From NCBI GenBank assembly GCA_016779005.1, contig JADHOL010000006.1, positions 32,929-96,928 on the forward strand: a stretch of DNA of 64,000 nt. Reading direction: 5' to 3'. A program made the position numbers and the translations under genes. Positions within the stretch are counted from its first letter, which is position 1. Each line of letters opens with the position of its first letter. Shown here one piece after another: positions 9,606 through 21,713 of the stretch. The DNA is from Alphaproteobacteria bacterium (GTDB lineage: Bacteria > Pseudomonadota > Alphaproteobacteria > Puniceispirillales > Puniceispirillaceae). The notes beneath the pieces were generated by a model. That model saw only the letters and a list, made by a program, of their open reading frames with translations. It made no database searches and was not told the DNA's origin.

Positions 9606-10352
9606 TTAATCGGAGGTCGATTTAGAAGAGAATTGCAGTCTGCCATTTTGGTGATGGAAGGCAAGATAAACCCCAATTAACGCAAGCGCTAGTCCAAACC
9701 AAGTTAAAGCATAATTAAAGTGTGAATTAGGCACATCAATATTAACCTCAGCCGCAATTGGAAGCGTTATAATTTCGCCAGTTCTAATAACGTCAATATA
9801 ATAATTCTTTATCATATCTTCTTGTTTCAAAAACTGTGCGATTTCAGTAGGCTTCAGCGTAAACCAAAACCCTGCCTCAGGCTCGTTCTCAGGAACAAAA
9901 TATCCCTTTCTGCCAGGAAGCCTTAATATCCCCTCAACATAAATTTCCCCTTCTGTTAGCGAAAATGGACGGGTGCTAGGCTCTCTATATGCCTCAGATA
10001 CCCATCCTCGATTTATCAGAATGACGCCATCTGATGTTGAAAATGGGGTTACAACATGAAATCCGGCATTGCCTTCATAAGTTCTGCCTGTCAGATAAAT
10101 TTCTGATTGATGCAGATATGTGCCGGTAACGCCAATTCGCTGGAACTCAAACGCCTCAAAAGGCTCTGTGACCTGATTAATACCAATGGCTGCCGCATTA
10201 CTTCGTTGCTCAAATTGCGCGATAAGTTCGGTTTTTTCAGCTAGACGCGATAATTGCCAACTCCCAAGTGAGATAAGCAAAATAATGGCTGGAATTGTAA
10301 AAAATGTCGGCCAAAAAAGTGGTCTGAATGTCATCATATCCCCATTCATCAA
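9606..10352 (-). CDS. SURF1 family cytochrome oxidase assembly protein
   Basis: Two terminal TM helices, GSWQLSRL motif and NSHFNYALTWFGLA C-terminal motif. Lies downstream of the cta cluster. Start uncertain (several Met codons). Confidence 0.85.
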   Translation of the reverse strand: MMNGDMMTFRPLFWPTFFTIPAIILLISLGSWQLSRLAEKTELIAQFEQRSNAAAIGINQVTEPFEAFEFQRIGVTGTYLHQSEIYLTGRTYEGNAGFHVVTPFSTSDGVILINRGWVSEAYREPSTRPFSLTEGEIYVEGILRLPGRKGYFVPENEPEAGFWFTLKPTEIAQFLKQEDMIKNYYIDVIRTGEIITLPIAAEVNIDVPNSHFNYALTWFGLALALIGVYLAFHHQNGRLQFSSKSTSD

Positions 10353-10411
10353 ACTATGCGTATTCGAAAATTTTATACTTAATGTGGTACTTCATCCCAA
10401 AAATGAAAGCC

Positions 10412-10447
10412 ACAAAAAACAGAAGGGCCTCTGACAAACAGGCCCTT
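10412..10447 (-). terminator. rho-independent terminator after ctaE
   Basis: Minus strand reads AAGGGCCT-gtttgtcag-AGGCCCTT-ctgTTTTTT: 8-bp GC-rich stem, 9-nt loop, T6 tract. It starts 36 nt after the ctaE stop. Confidence 0.65.
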
Positions 10448-10482
10448 GCTATTTTTATATAGTCGTTTGTGAGCAGGTCTAA

Positions 10483-11268
10483 CTATCCGCCCCACCAATA
10501 AATGGCAACAAATAAGAACAACCAGACAACATCGACAAAATGCCAATACCAAGCTGCTGCTTCAAATCCAAAATGCCTATCTGCTGTAAATTGACCTTTC
10601 AAGCCACGCATCAAACACACAAATAGAAATATGGTACCAACGATAACGTGAAAGCCGTGAAACCCGGTTGCCATGAAAAACACAGACGGATAAATGCCAT
10701 CGCTAAATCCAAAATGTGCGTGCTGGTATTCGTATGCCTGCAAGGCTGTAAACAAAACCCCAAGCATTACCGTTACAGTCAGCCCCATGATAAAGTCTTT
10801 TCGGTCATCATGCAGAAGCGCATGGTGCGCCCATGTCACGGTACAACCTGACAACAAAAGAATAAGCGTATTGATAAGTGGCAAATCAAAGGGGTCGAAT
10901 GTGTCAATGCCCTCAGGTGGCCACACTCCGCCTACGGGGAATAAAGCACGATCAAAAAACGCCCAGAAAAATGCAACGAAAAACATTATTTCAGACACGA
11001 TAAACAGCAACATTCCATATCGCATGCTTATCTGCACGATAGGTGTATGATGGCCTTGATATTCTGCTTCTCTTACGATATCGCGCCACCATAAGAACAT
11101 GGTTAGAATTACCAGCCCTAGACCAACTGCTAATGTCTCTAATCCATATGGCTTGTCATGCATATACATAGCGGCACCAATGGTAACAACAAACCCAGAT
11201 GCGGCGCCAACAGCAGGCCACGGACTTGGTTCTACCAGATGATACGGATGCTGCTGTGACCCACTCAT
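10483..11268 (-). CDS. ctaE: cytochrome c oxidase subunit III
   Basis: [13 protein letters not shown]-terminus and [15 protein letters not shown]-terminus. 261 aa. Confidence 0.95.
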   Translation of the reverse strand: MSGSQQHPYHLVEPSPWPAVGAASGFVVTIGAAMYMHDKPYGLETLAVGLGLVILTMFLWWRDIVREAEYQGHHTPIVQISMRYGMLLFIVSEIMFFVAFFWAFFDRALFPVGGVWPPEGIDTFDPFDLPLINTLILLLSGCTVTWAHHALLHDDRKDFIMGLTVTVMLGVLFTALQAYEYQHAHFGFSDGIYPSVFFMATGFHGFHVIVGTIFLFVCLMRGLKGQFTADRHFGFEAAAWYWHFVDVVWLFLFVAIYWWGG

Positions 11269-11321
11269 TTGACTCTCCCTAAAAAATTCATCAATTCCCC
11301 CGAACTAATGAGATTAAACAA

Positions 11322-11894
11322 TTAACTCTGCAATGCCTTAAAAAACGTATAGGACAATACAACTTCATCTACATCTATTGTATTTTTATCTGATGCTATT
11401 TCAGGATCAAGATAAAATACAACAGGCATGTCTACTGACTCGCCAGGTGATAATGGCTGTTCAGTAAAACAAAAACATTCCATTTTCATAAAATAAGGGC
11501 CCGCTTTTTGCGGTGTTACATTAAAGGTTGCAGTACCGGTTGACATTTCTTCTGACAGGTTAGTAGCGCGAAAAACAGCTTTCACCTGCTCCCCTGGTGC
11601 TAATATAACCGCGTCTGTGACAGGCAAGAATGACCAGTTAAGTTCTGGATTAGTATGGGCGTTGAAACGCACTTTTACATCATGACCGCTTATAATCGTC
11701 TCAGAGGCTTGCTCTGCTATTTGAGTAGTGCCTCCAAACCCTGTTACCCGGCAGAATAAATCATATAAAGGCACCGACGCATACGCTAGACCCATCATAC
11801 TAAACACAACCACACCAACAATAAGCAAACTTTTTGCATTTCGCCGTTGCAATTCTGATTTGTGAGGGGCTGGCTGAGCGTTGGATAGTGTCAT
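11322..11894 (-). CDS. ctaG: cytochrome c oxidase assembly protein CtaG/Cox11
   Basis: Single TM helix, then a Cox11 domain with the copper-binding CFCF motif (ECFCFTEQ). Confidence 0.93.
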   Translation of the reverse strand: MTLSNAQPAPHKSELQRRNAKSLLIVGVVVFSMMGLAYASVPLYDLFCRVTGFGGTTQIAEQASETIISGHDVKVRFNAHTNPELNWSFLPVTDAVILAPGEQVKAVFRATNLSEEMSTGTATFNVTPQKAGPYFMKMECFCFTEQPLSPGESVDMPVVFYLDPEIASDKNTIDVDEVVLSYTFFKALQS

Positions 11895-12031
11895 GAATTC
11901 AGTCCTATGCGAACCACTGTTATTAAAAAGAACAAAAGTACAAGTCCGAATATAAGGCCCAGAACTGCATAATTCTGCCGCTTTCGTGCCTGTCTTAATT
12001 CATCAGCTGTTTTGGGTGTTGGCTTATTCAT
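11891..12031 (-). CDS. 46-aa single-pass membrane protein between ctaB and ctaG (not in the ORF track)
   Basis: My translation: MNKPTPKTADELRQARKRQNYAVLGLIFGLVLLFFLITVVRIGLNS*. The ATG overlaps the ctaB stop (TAATG) and the TGA overlaps the ctaG start (ATGA). Basic N-terminus followed by one TM helix. Confidence 0.6.
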   Translation of the reverse strand: MNKPTPKTADELRQARKRQNYAVLGLIFGLVLLFFLITVVRIGLNS

Positions 12032-12936
12032 TATCCTAAAATCGCCTTATCACAAATCAATGCTAAAAATAAAATAAACAAATACGCTATTGAATATTTA
12101 AACAAACGCATTGCACGGCTATCATCTGGTTGCCTTAGCAATTGAAAGGCAAGTAACAGAAATATCGTGCCGCTAATCCCAGCAACTGAGCCATAGAGGA
12201 TTTTCGACATTCCAATAATATTTGGCAGAAAACTGACACCAACCATTATGATGCTATATATAAAAATCTGCCTTCTTGTCTCATCCCCGCCAGCCACTAC
12301 CGGAAGCATCGGGATTTTTGCATTTTTATAATCCTGATTTTTAACCAAAGCCAAAGCCCAGAAATGAGGCGGGGTCCAAAAAAAGATTAAACCAAACAAA
12401 ATAATAGACTCGATACTCATACTTGCAGTAACCGCTGCCCATCCAATAATAGGGGGAAGCGCGCCAGCCGCACCGCCAATCACTATATTCTGAGCTGTCG
12501 AGCGCTTAAGCCAAACTGTATAAATCAGGCCATAAAATATGATTGTAAAAGCAAGCAAACCGCCAGCCAGAAAATTTGCTGATAAACTCAAAATCAAAAC
12601 AGAAATAACAGAAATAATCACGCCAAAGGCTAGCGCTTCTGATGGCTCAACTTTGCCAGCTGGAATTGGCCGGGCGCGTGTTCTGTGCATTACAGCATCA
12701 ATATCTCTGTCATACCATTGATTAATAGCGCCAGATGCACCAGCGCCAGCGGCAATCGCAAACAGTGATATAACAGCAAGCACCGGGTGCAACTCACCAG
12801 GAGCCAGATACATACCCGCAAATCCAGTGAATATCACAAGGCTCATGACACGTGGTTTCATGAGTTGAAAAAAACTAGAGACAGCAGATGGGTGAAATAC
12901 TGCTGTCTGTGTTGTTATGTTTTGAATTTTTTCCAT
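12031..12936 (-). CDS. ctaB: protoheme IX farnesyltransferase (heme O synthase)
   Basis: UbiA-superfamily motif NQWYDRDIDAVMHRTRARPIP. Multi-TM. Sits inside the cta cluster. Confidence 0.93.
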   Translation of the reverse strand: MEKIQNITTQTAVFHPSAVSSFFQLMKPRVMSLVIFTGFAGMYLAPGELHPVLAVISLFAIAAGAGASGAINQWYDRDIDAVMHRTRARPIPAGKVEPSEALAFGVIISVISVLILSLSANFLAGGLLAFTIIFYGLIYTVWLKRSTAQNIVIGGAAGALPPIIGWAAVTASMSIESIILFGLIFFWTPPHFWALALVKNQDYKNAKIPMLPVVAGGDETRRQIFIYSIIMVGVSFLPNIIGMSKILYGSVAGISGTIFLLLAFQLLRQPDDSRAMRLFKYSIAYLFILFLALICDKAILG

Positions 12937-12949
12937 TATATAAAGATAT

Positions 12950-15401
<2,452 letters not shown>

Positions 15402-15706
15402 AATTCAATCCCCCAAGGAAAGTGTCCTAACAAACGCATAAAACATAGCATTTTCAGATTTTTAATACTTAAAAATATCGCTCAGTACTATCTGCTTTTT
15501 TACGGATTGGGAAGAAAGGTGCGACTGCCTGTCGCGCAAATTCCTGCGTTATGACATTCAATTGGCATTTACCAAAAATACTTTGCTGTATGAGATGCTA
15601 TAGGGCTTGAAGTTACCATAGACTCCCCCCATAATTAATTCTCTGAAATAAATATTGATTCTTATATGTTAATATATTCTGAAGCTCACCTTAAAAGGAC
15701 ATTCCG

Positions 15707-17146
15707 ATGGATCCACTTGCCCAAACAGACGCCTTGTTTTTTAAAGACGGAAATTTCGAGAGAGAGCACGCGCAATCGATTTTGAAAGATGCCTTACATG
15801 GCGCTGATGATGGTGATTTATTTTTAGAAATGGATTATCTGGAATTTCTTGCTTTTGATGATGGCAGGCTGAAATCTGCAAGCTACAACCAATCTAGCGG
15901 TTTTGGTCTAAGGGCAATTCTTGGCGAAGCCGATGCGTTTGCCCATTCTGGTGATATGTCAATGGCGGCCCTTGAGCGGGCAGGCAAAACGGTACAAGCT
16001 GTTGCAAGCGGCTATTCTGGTGCATTGGCTCTTTCACCCGCAAATGCTGCAAACCAGCCTTTATATTCAGATGCTAATCCACTTGATGCTACGCCTTTTG
16101 ATGCCAAAGTTAAATTACTGCAAGAAATAGATTCCTATGCACGTGACAAAGATAGCAGAGTAAAGCAAGTATCTGCCTCTATCGCTGGTTCTTGGCAAGC
16201 TATCCAAATTTTAAGGCCTGATGGTTATCGAGCCGCCGATATTCGACCGTTAGTTAGATTAAATGTATCTGTGATGGTTGAAGTAAATGGCCGCATGGAA
16301 ACAGGATCTAGCGGGTCTGGAGGTAGGTTTATGTTTGATAAATATCTTCAAGCTGGCAACTGGCAAAGCGAAGTTGACGAGGCATTACGTCTGGCGCTAC
16401 TTGGCCTTGATTCTATCCCTGCGCCTGCTGGTGAAATGGAAATCGTATTAGGGCCAGGCTGGCCAGGGGTGATGTTACATGAAGCAGTTGGTCATGGTCT
16501 GGAAGGCGATTTTAATCGCAAGGGAACTTCTGTGTTTTCTGGACAGGTTGGTCAACAAGTTGCCGCTAAAGGCGTTACCGTCATTGATGATGGTACGATA
16601 TTAGATAGGCGTGGCTCAATTACGATAGATGATGAAGGCACAAAATCTGCCCGCAATGTTCTAATTGAGGACGGCATCTTAAAAGGATATTTGCAAGATC
16701 GGCAAAACGCACGATTAATGAATGTAGCGCCAACTGGAAATGGCAGACGCGAATCATACGCATCGCTTCCTATGCCAAGAATGACGAATACGTTCATGGA
16801 ATCTGGTGAATTAGAACCAGACGAAATAGTCTCTTCTGTAAAAAATGGTCTTTATGCCGTTAATTTCGGCGGCGGGCAGGTTGATATAACTTCTGGCAAA
16901 TTCGTATTTTCTGCATCAGAAGCTTATCTTGTAGAAAATGGCAAAATCACAGCACCGGTTAAGGGCGCTACTTTAATTGGCAATGGGCCAGATGCCATGT
17001 CGAAAATTTCTATGATTGGCAATGATATGGCCTTAGATGCTGGGGTTGGAACTTGTGGTAAAAACGGCCAATCTGTTCCTGTCGGTGTTGGGCAGCCTAC
17101 TTTGAAGATTGGCGGTATAACAGTTGGCGGAACGCAAGCCGCTTAA
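15707..17146 (+). CDS. tldD: metalloprotease TldD
   Basis: HEAVGHGLEGD zinc motif. 479 aa. Confidence 0.93.
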   Translation: MDPLAQTDALFFKDGNFEREHAQSILKDALHGADDGDLFLEMDYLEFLAFDDGRLKSASYNQSSGFGLRAILGEADAFAHSGDMSMAALERAGKTVQAVASGYSGALALSPANAANQPLYSDANPLDATPFDAKVKLLQEIDSYARDKDSRVKQVSASIAGSWQAIQILRPDGYRAADIRPLVRLNVSVMVEVNGRMETGSSGSGGRFMFDKYLQAGNWQSEVDEALRLALLGLDSIPAPAGEMEIVLGPGWPGVMLHEAVGHGLEGDFNRKGTSVFSGQVGQQVAAKGVTVIDDGTILDRRGSITIDDEGTKSARNVLIEDGILKGYLQDRQNARLMNVAPTGNGRRESYASLPMPRMTNTFMESGELEPDEIVSSVKNGLYAVNFGGGQVDITSGKFVFSASEAYLVENGKITAPVKGATLIGNGPDAMSKISMIGNDMALDAGVGTCGKNGQSVPVGVGQPTLKIGGITVGGTQAA

Positions 17147-17287
17147 GGTTTTATCACTGCAATAAGCACAATTCCTCACTCTCACACCTCATAAATAGAA
17201 CTGCATCTATTCATGGGGTAATTGCTGGGATCATACAAAGCGTATCAGTAGATAATATCCGCGACAGCCAAAGAGCTGTATTTGCGT

Positions 17288-18646
17288 TTAATATCTATAA
17301 TAGGTGTAAACCTTATTAATATCCTCGTTCCATTCGGTATGGTATAATTCACGCACAATATCTGCTTGGGTTAAGCCGCTATCTATTATGGTTTTTAAGG
17401 GCGTTAGGAATGTTCTTTCATCCTCTCCATCCTTATCCATTCTAGCTCGGTTTTTTAAACCTATCTCTGCAATTTCTATAAGTTGTTTGGCTATATGATG
17501 TATGTTTTGAGAGCCTATTTGCCCTTTCAGACCATCTTTTGCAGCAGATATTCTGGCATTAACCACATCTTGATGAGAAAACTGGTTCGCAATAGCTTCT
17601 GCTTTTTGCAAGGCTTCAGAATCATATAATAATCCGACCCAAAGAGCTGGCAATGCACAAATAATAGACCAAGGACCGCCATCTGCGCCGCGCATTTCAA
17701 GATACCCCTTTAATCTGACATCTGGAAAAACAGTTGTAATGTGATCTTCAAAATCTGACATTGAAGCGGTATGGCCAAAAAATTCATCTCTATATTCAGA
17801 CGTCATAAACCGTCTGAATGATTTACCAGCCACATCTAGATACTGCCCATCCCTGTAAATAAAATACATCGGCACATCTAGAACATAATCAATCCACTGC
17901 TCATATCCAAAATTAGAATCAAATACACATTGCGGAACTCCGCACCTATCTGGATCTGTATCTGTCCAGACCAGAGCACGGTTAGACTGAATATGTGTAA
18001 GGCGTCCGTCTTTTATCGGTGAATTGGCAAATAATGCCGTCGCAATTGGTTGAAGTGCTAATGAAGTTTTAAACTTGCGCCTCATATCCTCTTCATCTTG
18101 ATAATCCAAATTTGTTTGTATGGTGCAGGTGCGAAGCATCATATCCAAGCCAAGATTACCGACTTTTGGCATGTAATTCTTCATGATCTTATATCGCCCC
18201 TTGGGCATCCAGTTGATCTGCTCTCTCGATGCTGTCGGATGAAACCCTGATCCAATCATTCCAAGTCCAAGCTTAGCGGTAACATCAAGCATTTGCCTTA
18301 AATGTTTGTTGGTTTCAACACAGCTATGATGAAGTGTTTTTACAATATTGCCAGATAACTCAAACTGGCCCCCTGGCTCTAAGGAGATTGAAGCGCCATC
18401 ATTGGTCTTAAGAGCAACATATTTCCCCTGCTCCAGAATTGGTGTCATATCATAGGTGTCGCTTAGGTAATGCAATATGGCCTCAATTCCGGCCTCACCC
18501 TCATATGTAACTGGCGCAAATCCATCCAATGTGTAAATGAATTTTTCGTGCTCTGTGCCAATGCGCCATTGTTTTGGGTCTTTTTCCTTGCTCGAAAGCC
18601 AGCTCACAAGGGCATTAAATGACGGTGATATTTGCGCATCGGTCAT
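17288..18646 (-). CDS. gshA: glutamate-cysteine ligase, plant/alphaproteobacterial type
   Basis: 452 aa. Family-level resemblance to GCL group 3 (RIGTEHEKF, LEPGGQFELSG). Confidence 0.9.
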   Translation of the reverse strand: MTDAQISPSFNALVSWLSSKEKDPKQWRIGTEHEKFIYTLDGFAPVTYEGEAGIEAILHYLSDTYDMTPILEQGKYVALKTNDGASISLEPGGQFELSGNIVKTLHHSCVETNKHLRQMLDVTAKLGLGMIGSGFHPTASREQINWMPKGRYKIMKNYMPKVGNLGLDMMLRTCTIQTNLDYQDEEDMRRKFKTSLALQPIATALFANSPIKDGRLTHIQSNRALVWTDTDPDRCGVPQCVFDSNFGYEQWIDYVLDVPMYFIYRDGQYLDVAGKSFRRFMTSEYRDEFFGHTASMSDFEDHITTVFPDVRLKGYLEMRGADGGPWSIICALPALWVGLLYDSEALQKAEAIANQFSHQDVVNARISAAKDGLKGQIGSQNIHHIAKQLIEIAEIGLKNRARMDKDGEDERTFLTPLKTIIDSGLTQADIVRELYHTEWNEDINKVYTYYRY

Positions 18647-18712
18647 GATCTATAATACTTTCTCTTAGTTTTTTTCTTCATCATTTAAGTATGCCCGTTA
18701 CTATTCGGGGGT

Positions 18713-19441
18713 TTAATACCAATCCCCAAAATTAGATTGGAAAATGCTTAATGCCGCCATTGCTGCGGTATCACTTCTCAGAATTCGCGGGCCCAGCGAT
18801 ATATTCTCACACATTGGATGTAAGTCGAGCTGTTCTCGCTCCGGGGCACTAAACCCTCCTTCTGGACCAATTAAAATAGCTGCTTTTTCGGTTAGGTTCC
18901 TATTCAATTGAAGCATGGAGCGTGCGAGCCCTGCTTCTGATTTTGTCTCATCACAAACCATTAACACTCTATCTTCTGGCCAATTATCTAAGATTGTTTG
19001 AAGCGGTGTAAATGCCCCGATTTCAGGTAAATCAAGACGTTCTGTCTGCTCTGCGGCCTCTATCATATTCGCGCGCAATTTATCTTCACGAATTTGCTTT
19101 ACCTGACCAAATTCAGATTGCACTGGCCAGATTTTTGAAACCCCTAATTCGGTTGCCTTTTGCACCATAAAATCCATTCTTGTGCGCTTAATTGGCACAA
19201 ATATCAGCCATAAATCAGATGAGTGTGTCTGCACGAGAAGCTGCTGCTTGCATCGGACAGCAAGAGAGCGCTTGCCATTAGTTTCAATAACACCCAGAAA
19301 CCCGCCATCCCTGCCATTAAACAATAAAAGCTCTGCCCCATTTTTTTTTCGTAAAACAGAGGAGAGATAGTGGTTTTGCCCAGAATTGAGTTCTATCAAA
19401 CCATTTTCCATCAAAGCAGAATCCACAAATAATCGTGTCAT
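18713..19441 (-). CDS. rsmE: 16S rRNA (uracil1498-N3)-methyltransferase
   Basis: MTRLFVD N-terminus typical of RsmE. GPEGGFS motif. Start moved to the Met at 19441. Confidence 0.88.
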   Translation of the reverse strand: MTRLFVDSALMENGLIELNSGQNHYLSSVLRKKNGAELLLFNGRDGGFLGVIETNGKRSLAVRCKQQLLVQTHSSDLWLIFVPIKRTRMDFMVQKATELGVSKIWPVQSEFGQVKQIREDKLRANMIEAAEQTERLDLPEIGAFTPLQTILDNWPEDRVLMVCDETKSEAGLARSMLQLNRNLTEKAAILIGPEGGFSAPEREQLDLHPMCENISLGPRILRSDTAAMAALSIFQSNFGDWY

Positions 19442-19674
19442 ATTAACTCTAGAATCTACGTCCATTTTAACTTAATTAACCAAAATCAAAAATGCTGAGA
19501 ATTTCATCTAAGAGACCCTTTACTAAAGAGTAGTGATGGTAAGAATAGTTAGGCATAATCAGGTATAGTTTTTTTAACTTCAAAAAGGCGATACGCAAAA
19601 TTAGGTGGTAGATATTGAAAATACTATTTTCAGTTTATGTCGTATATCTGTAGTTATATTTATATTAAAAAGCA

Positions 19675-19705
19675 AAGCCAGATTTATTAAAAGCCAGATT
19701 TATTA
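19675..19705. repeat. two copies of AAGCCAGATTTATTA with a 16-bp period
   Basis: Read directly: aagccagatttatta-a-aagccagatttatta. Confidence 0.9.
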
Positions 19706-19718
19706 TTCTGAGTTGCTA

Positions 19719-19754
19719 CCAGAGTTATTGCCAGAGTTATTACCAGAGTTATTA
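19719..19754. repeat. 12-bp tandem repeat CCAGAGTTATT(G/A) x3, ending 1 nt before the ubiA ATG
   Basis: Read directly: ccagagttattg ccagagttatta ccagagttatta a ATG. A degenerate fourth copy (ctgagttgcta) lies just upstream. Confidence 0.95.
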
Positions 19755-19755
19755 A

Positions 19756-20673
19756 ATGAAATTGCCATACGAAGCGCATACAGATATCGCCACTAACGGC
19801 TGGCTGTCAAGCATCCCAAACTGGCTTCAACCATTTGCTATTATAGCTAGGCTAGATAGGCCAATTGGCTGGTGGTTATTATTACTGCCAGGCTGGTGGG
19901 CTATCTTGGCACATCCCAATGAGATGATTGAGACTGCTAAACTTATGAGTTGGTTTTTAGGGGGTGCCATTATTATGCGTTCGGCAGGCTGTATTATAAA
20001 TGACCTCTGGGACCGCGATATTGATAAACAGGTTGCCAGAACCGCAATGAGGCCTCTTGCCGCTGCCACTATCTCTGTCCGTTCAGCTATTATATTTCTT
20101 GGCATTATGCTGCTTATAGGGTTTTTTATTTTATTACAACTTCCCTTCAAAGCATGGATAATGGGCTTATCATCAATTCCTTTGATAATCTGTTATCCGC
20201 TTGCAAAAAGAGTAACAAAATGGCCACAAGTCGTTCTTGGGCTGGCTTTCTCATGGGGCGTTTTACTTGGCGCGGTAAGTGCAACAAATAACTGGCCAAG
20301 TGATGCCATGCTATTGGTATATGCAGGAACTGCTTGCTGGATTATCGGATATGATACGATCTACGCAATTCAAGATGAAGAGGATGATGCTAAGCTTGGC
20401 ATTGGCTCTGCTGCGCGCTCATTTGGGACTAATCTATCCAAGGGTATAACAGCATTATATCTTGCTGCCATCCTATTATGGTCAGCTGGTTTTTGGCTTC
20501 AATTTGGATTAGGTTTTTGGCTTTTTGGTATCGCAGGATCTGCCCTTCATTTAGGCTGGCAAATATATAAATTATCAGAAATTAACGGCAAATCAGCGTT
20601 AGCTGTTTTTAGATCCAATCGGGATTGCGGCCTTATTCTGGCGGCAGGTTTGCTTCTCCAAGCTGTTTTCTAA
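19756..20673 (+). CDS. ubiA: 4-hydroxybenzoate polyprenyltransferase
   Basis: RLDRPIGWWLLL and NDLWDRDIDKQVARTAMRPLA motifs. Multi-TM. Confidence 0.9.
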   Translation: MKLPYEAHTDIATNGWLSSIPNWLQPFAIIARLDRPIGWWLLLLPGWWAILAHPNEMIETAKLMSWFLGGAIIMRSAGCIINDLWDRDIDKQVARTAMRPLAAATISVRSAIIFLGIMLLIGFFILLQLPFKAWIMGLSSIPLIICYPLAKRVTKWPQVVLGLAFSWGVLLGAVSATNNWPSDAMLLVYAGTACWIIGYDTIYAIQDEEDDAKLGIGSAARSFGTNLSKGITALYLAAILLWSAGFWLQFGLGFWLFGIAGSALHLGWQIYKLSEINGKSALAVFRSNRDCGLILAAGLLLQAVF

Positions 20674-20681
20674 AAGATATA

Positions 20682-21638
20682 TTAATAATCCCAGTTAAGA
20701 CCTGCATTTGGGCTACAACCAAGCATAATATTCAAGTTCTGAACAGCAGCGCCAGCAGCTCCTTTACCAAGGTTATCTAGCCTTGCTATAATTAAAAATT
20801 GTTGGGTTTCTGGATTATTAAAGCAAAAAATCTCAAGACCATCTTGTCCTGCAACGCCATCAGCTGATAGCTGACCTGAATGCTGCAATGATGATGCTTC
20901 ATCTAATCCGCAAACCCTAATCATCGGATGATAATGATACGCCTCCTGATAGATTTCGTGAATATCATGAATGGTTACGTTTTTTGAAAAATCAGCGGCA
21001 GGTATCGCAAGGCGAACCAGCATGCCTTGCTCAAACATACCAACCGACGGCATAAATAATGGCGCAACCCGAAGACCCGAATGCATCATCATTTCAGGAA
21101 TATGTTTATGAGATAGCCCAAGCGAATAATCAAAATGAGGTGGCAGATTGCCTTCTTTCATGGAGGCAATCATATTTTTTCCGCCCCCAGAATAGCCTGA
21201 AACTGCAGGAGTGATAAGGGTTTGATCTGGCGCAATAAGACCATTTTCAATAAGCGGGTGTAATAGCGCGATAAACCCAGATGCATAACAGCCAGGATTA
21301 CTTACTAAATTGGCTTCAGCGATTTTCTGGCTTTGATCTGGGCGTAATTCTGGAAATCCATATACCCACCCATCTGCTGTTCGATGGGCAGAAGAGGCAT
21401 CGATAATGCGAACATCCATACCAGCAACCATTGCTACTGCCTGCACCGCCGCAGAATCAGGCAAGCATAGAATAGCAACGTCTGCTTCCTGCATTGCAGA
21501 GGCACGTTTTTCCTCTGATTTTCTGTCTGATTCTGCAAGAGAAATAAGTCTAATATCGGATCGCTGGGATAACCTCGCCGATACTTGAAGGCCAGTTGTT
21601 CCAGCACTTCCATCTATAAAAACCAAATTTTTTTTCAT
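20682..21638 (-). CDS. argC: N-acetyl-gamma-glutamyl-phosphate reductase (short type-2 form)
   Basis: MKKNLVFIDGSAGTTGLQV N-terminus. Active-site NPGCYASG. The 73 upstream codons in the track ORF are treated as non-coding. Confidence 0.92.
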   Translation of the reverse strand: MKKNLVFIDGSAGTTGLQVSARLSQRSDIRLISLAESDRKSEEKRASAMQEADVAILCLPDSAAVQAVAMVAGMDVRIIDASSAHRTADGWVYGFPELRPDQSQKIAEANLVSNPGCYASGFIALLHPLIENGLIAPDQTLITPAVSGYSGGGKNMIASMKEGNLPPHFDYSLGLSHKHIPEMMMHSGLRVAPLFMPSVGMFEQGMLVRLAIPAADFSKNVTIHDIHEIYQEAYHYHPMIRVCGLDEASSLQHSGQLSADGVAGQDGLEIFCFNNPETQQFLIIARLDNLGKGAAGAAVQNLNIMLGCSPNAGLNWDY

Positions 21639-21713
21639 AAAAAACACTATAAACAGAAACTTTCTTACCAGCAAGCAGTTGCGCAAGACGTATTTGCGCG
21701 CTATCTGATAGAT

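Noticed and set aside
19605-19796. 63-aa ORF containing ELLPELLPELLPELL
   Set aside because: The periodic peptide is a translation of the 12-bp tandem DNA repeat in the ubiA leader. The ORF runs out of frame into ubiA and has no RBS.
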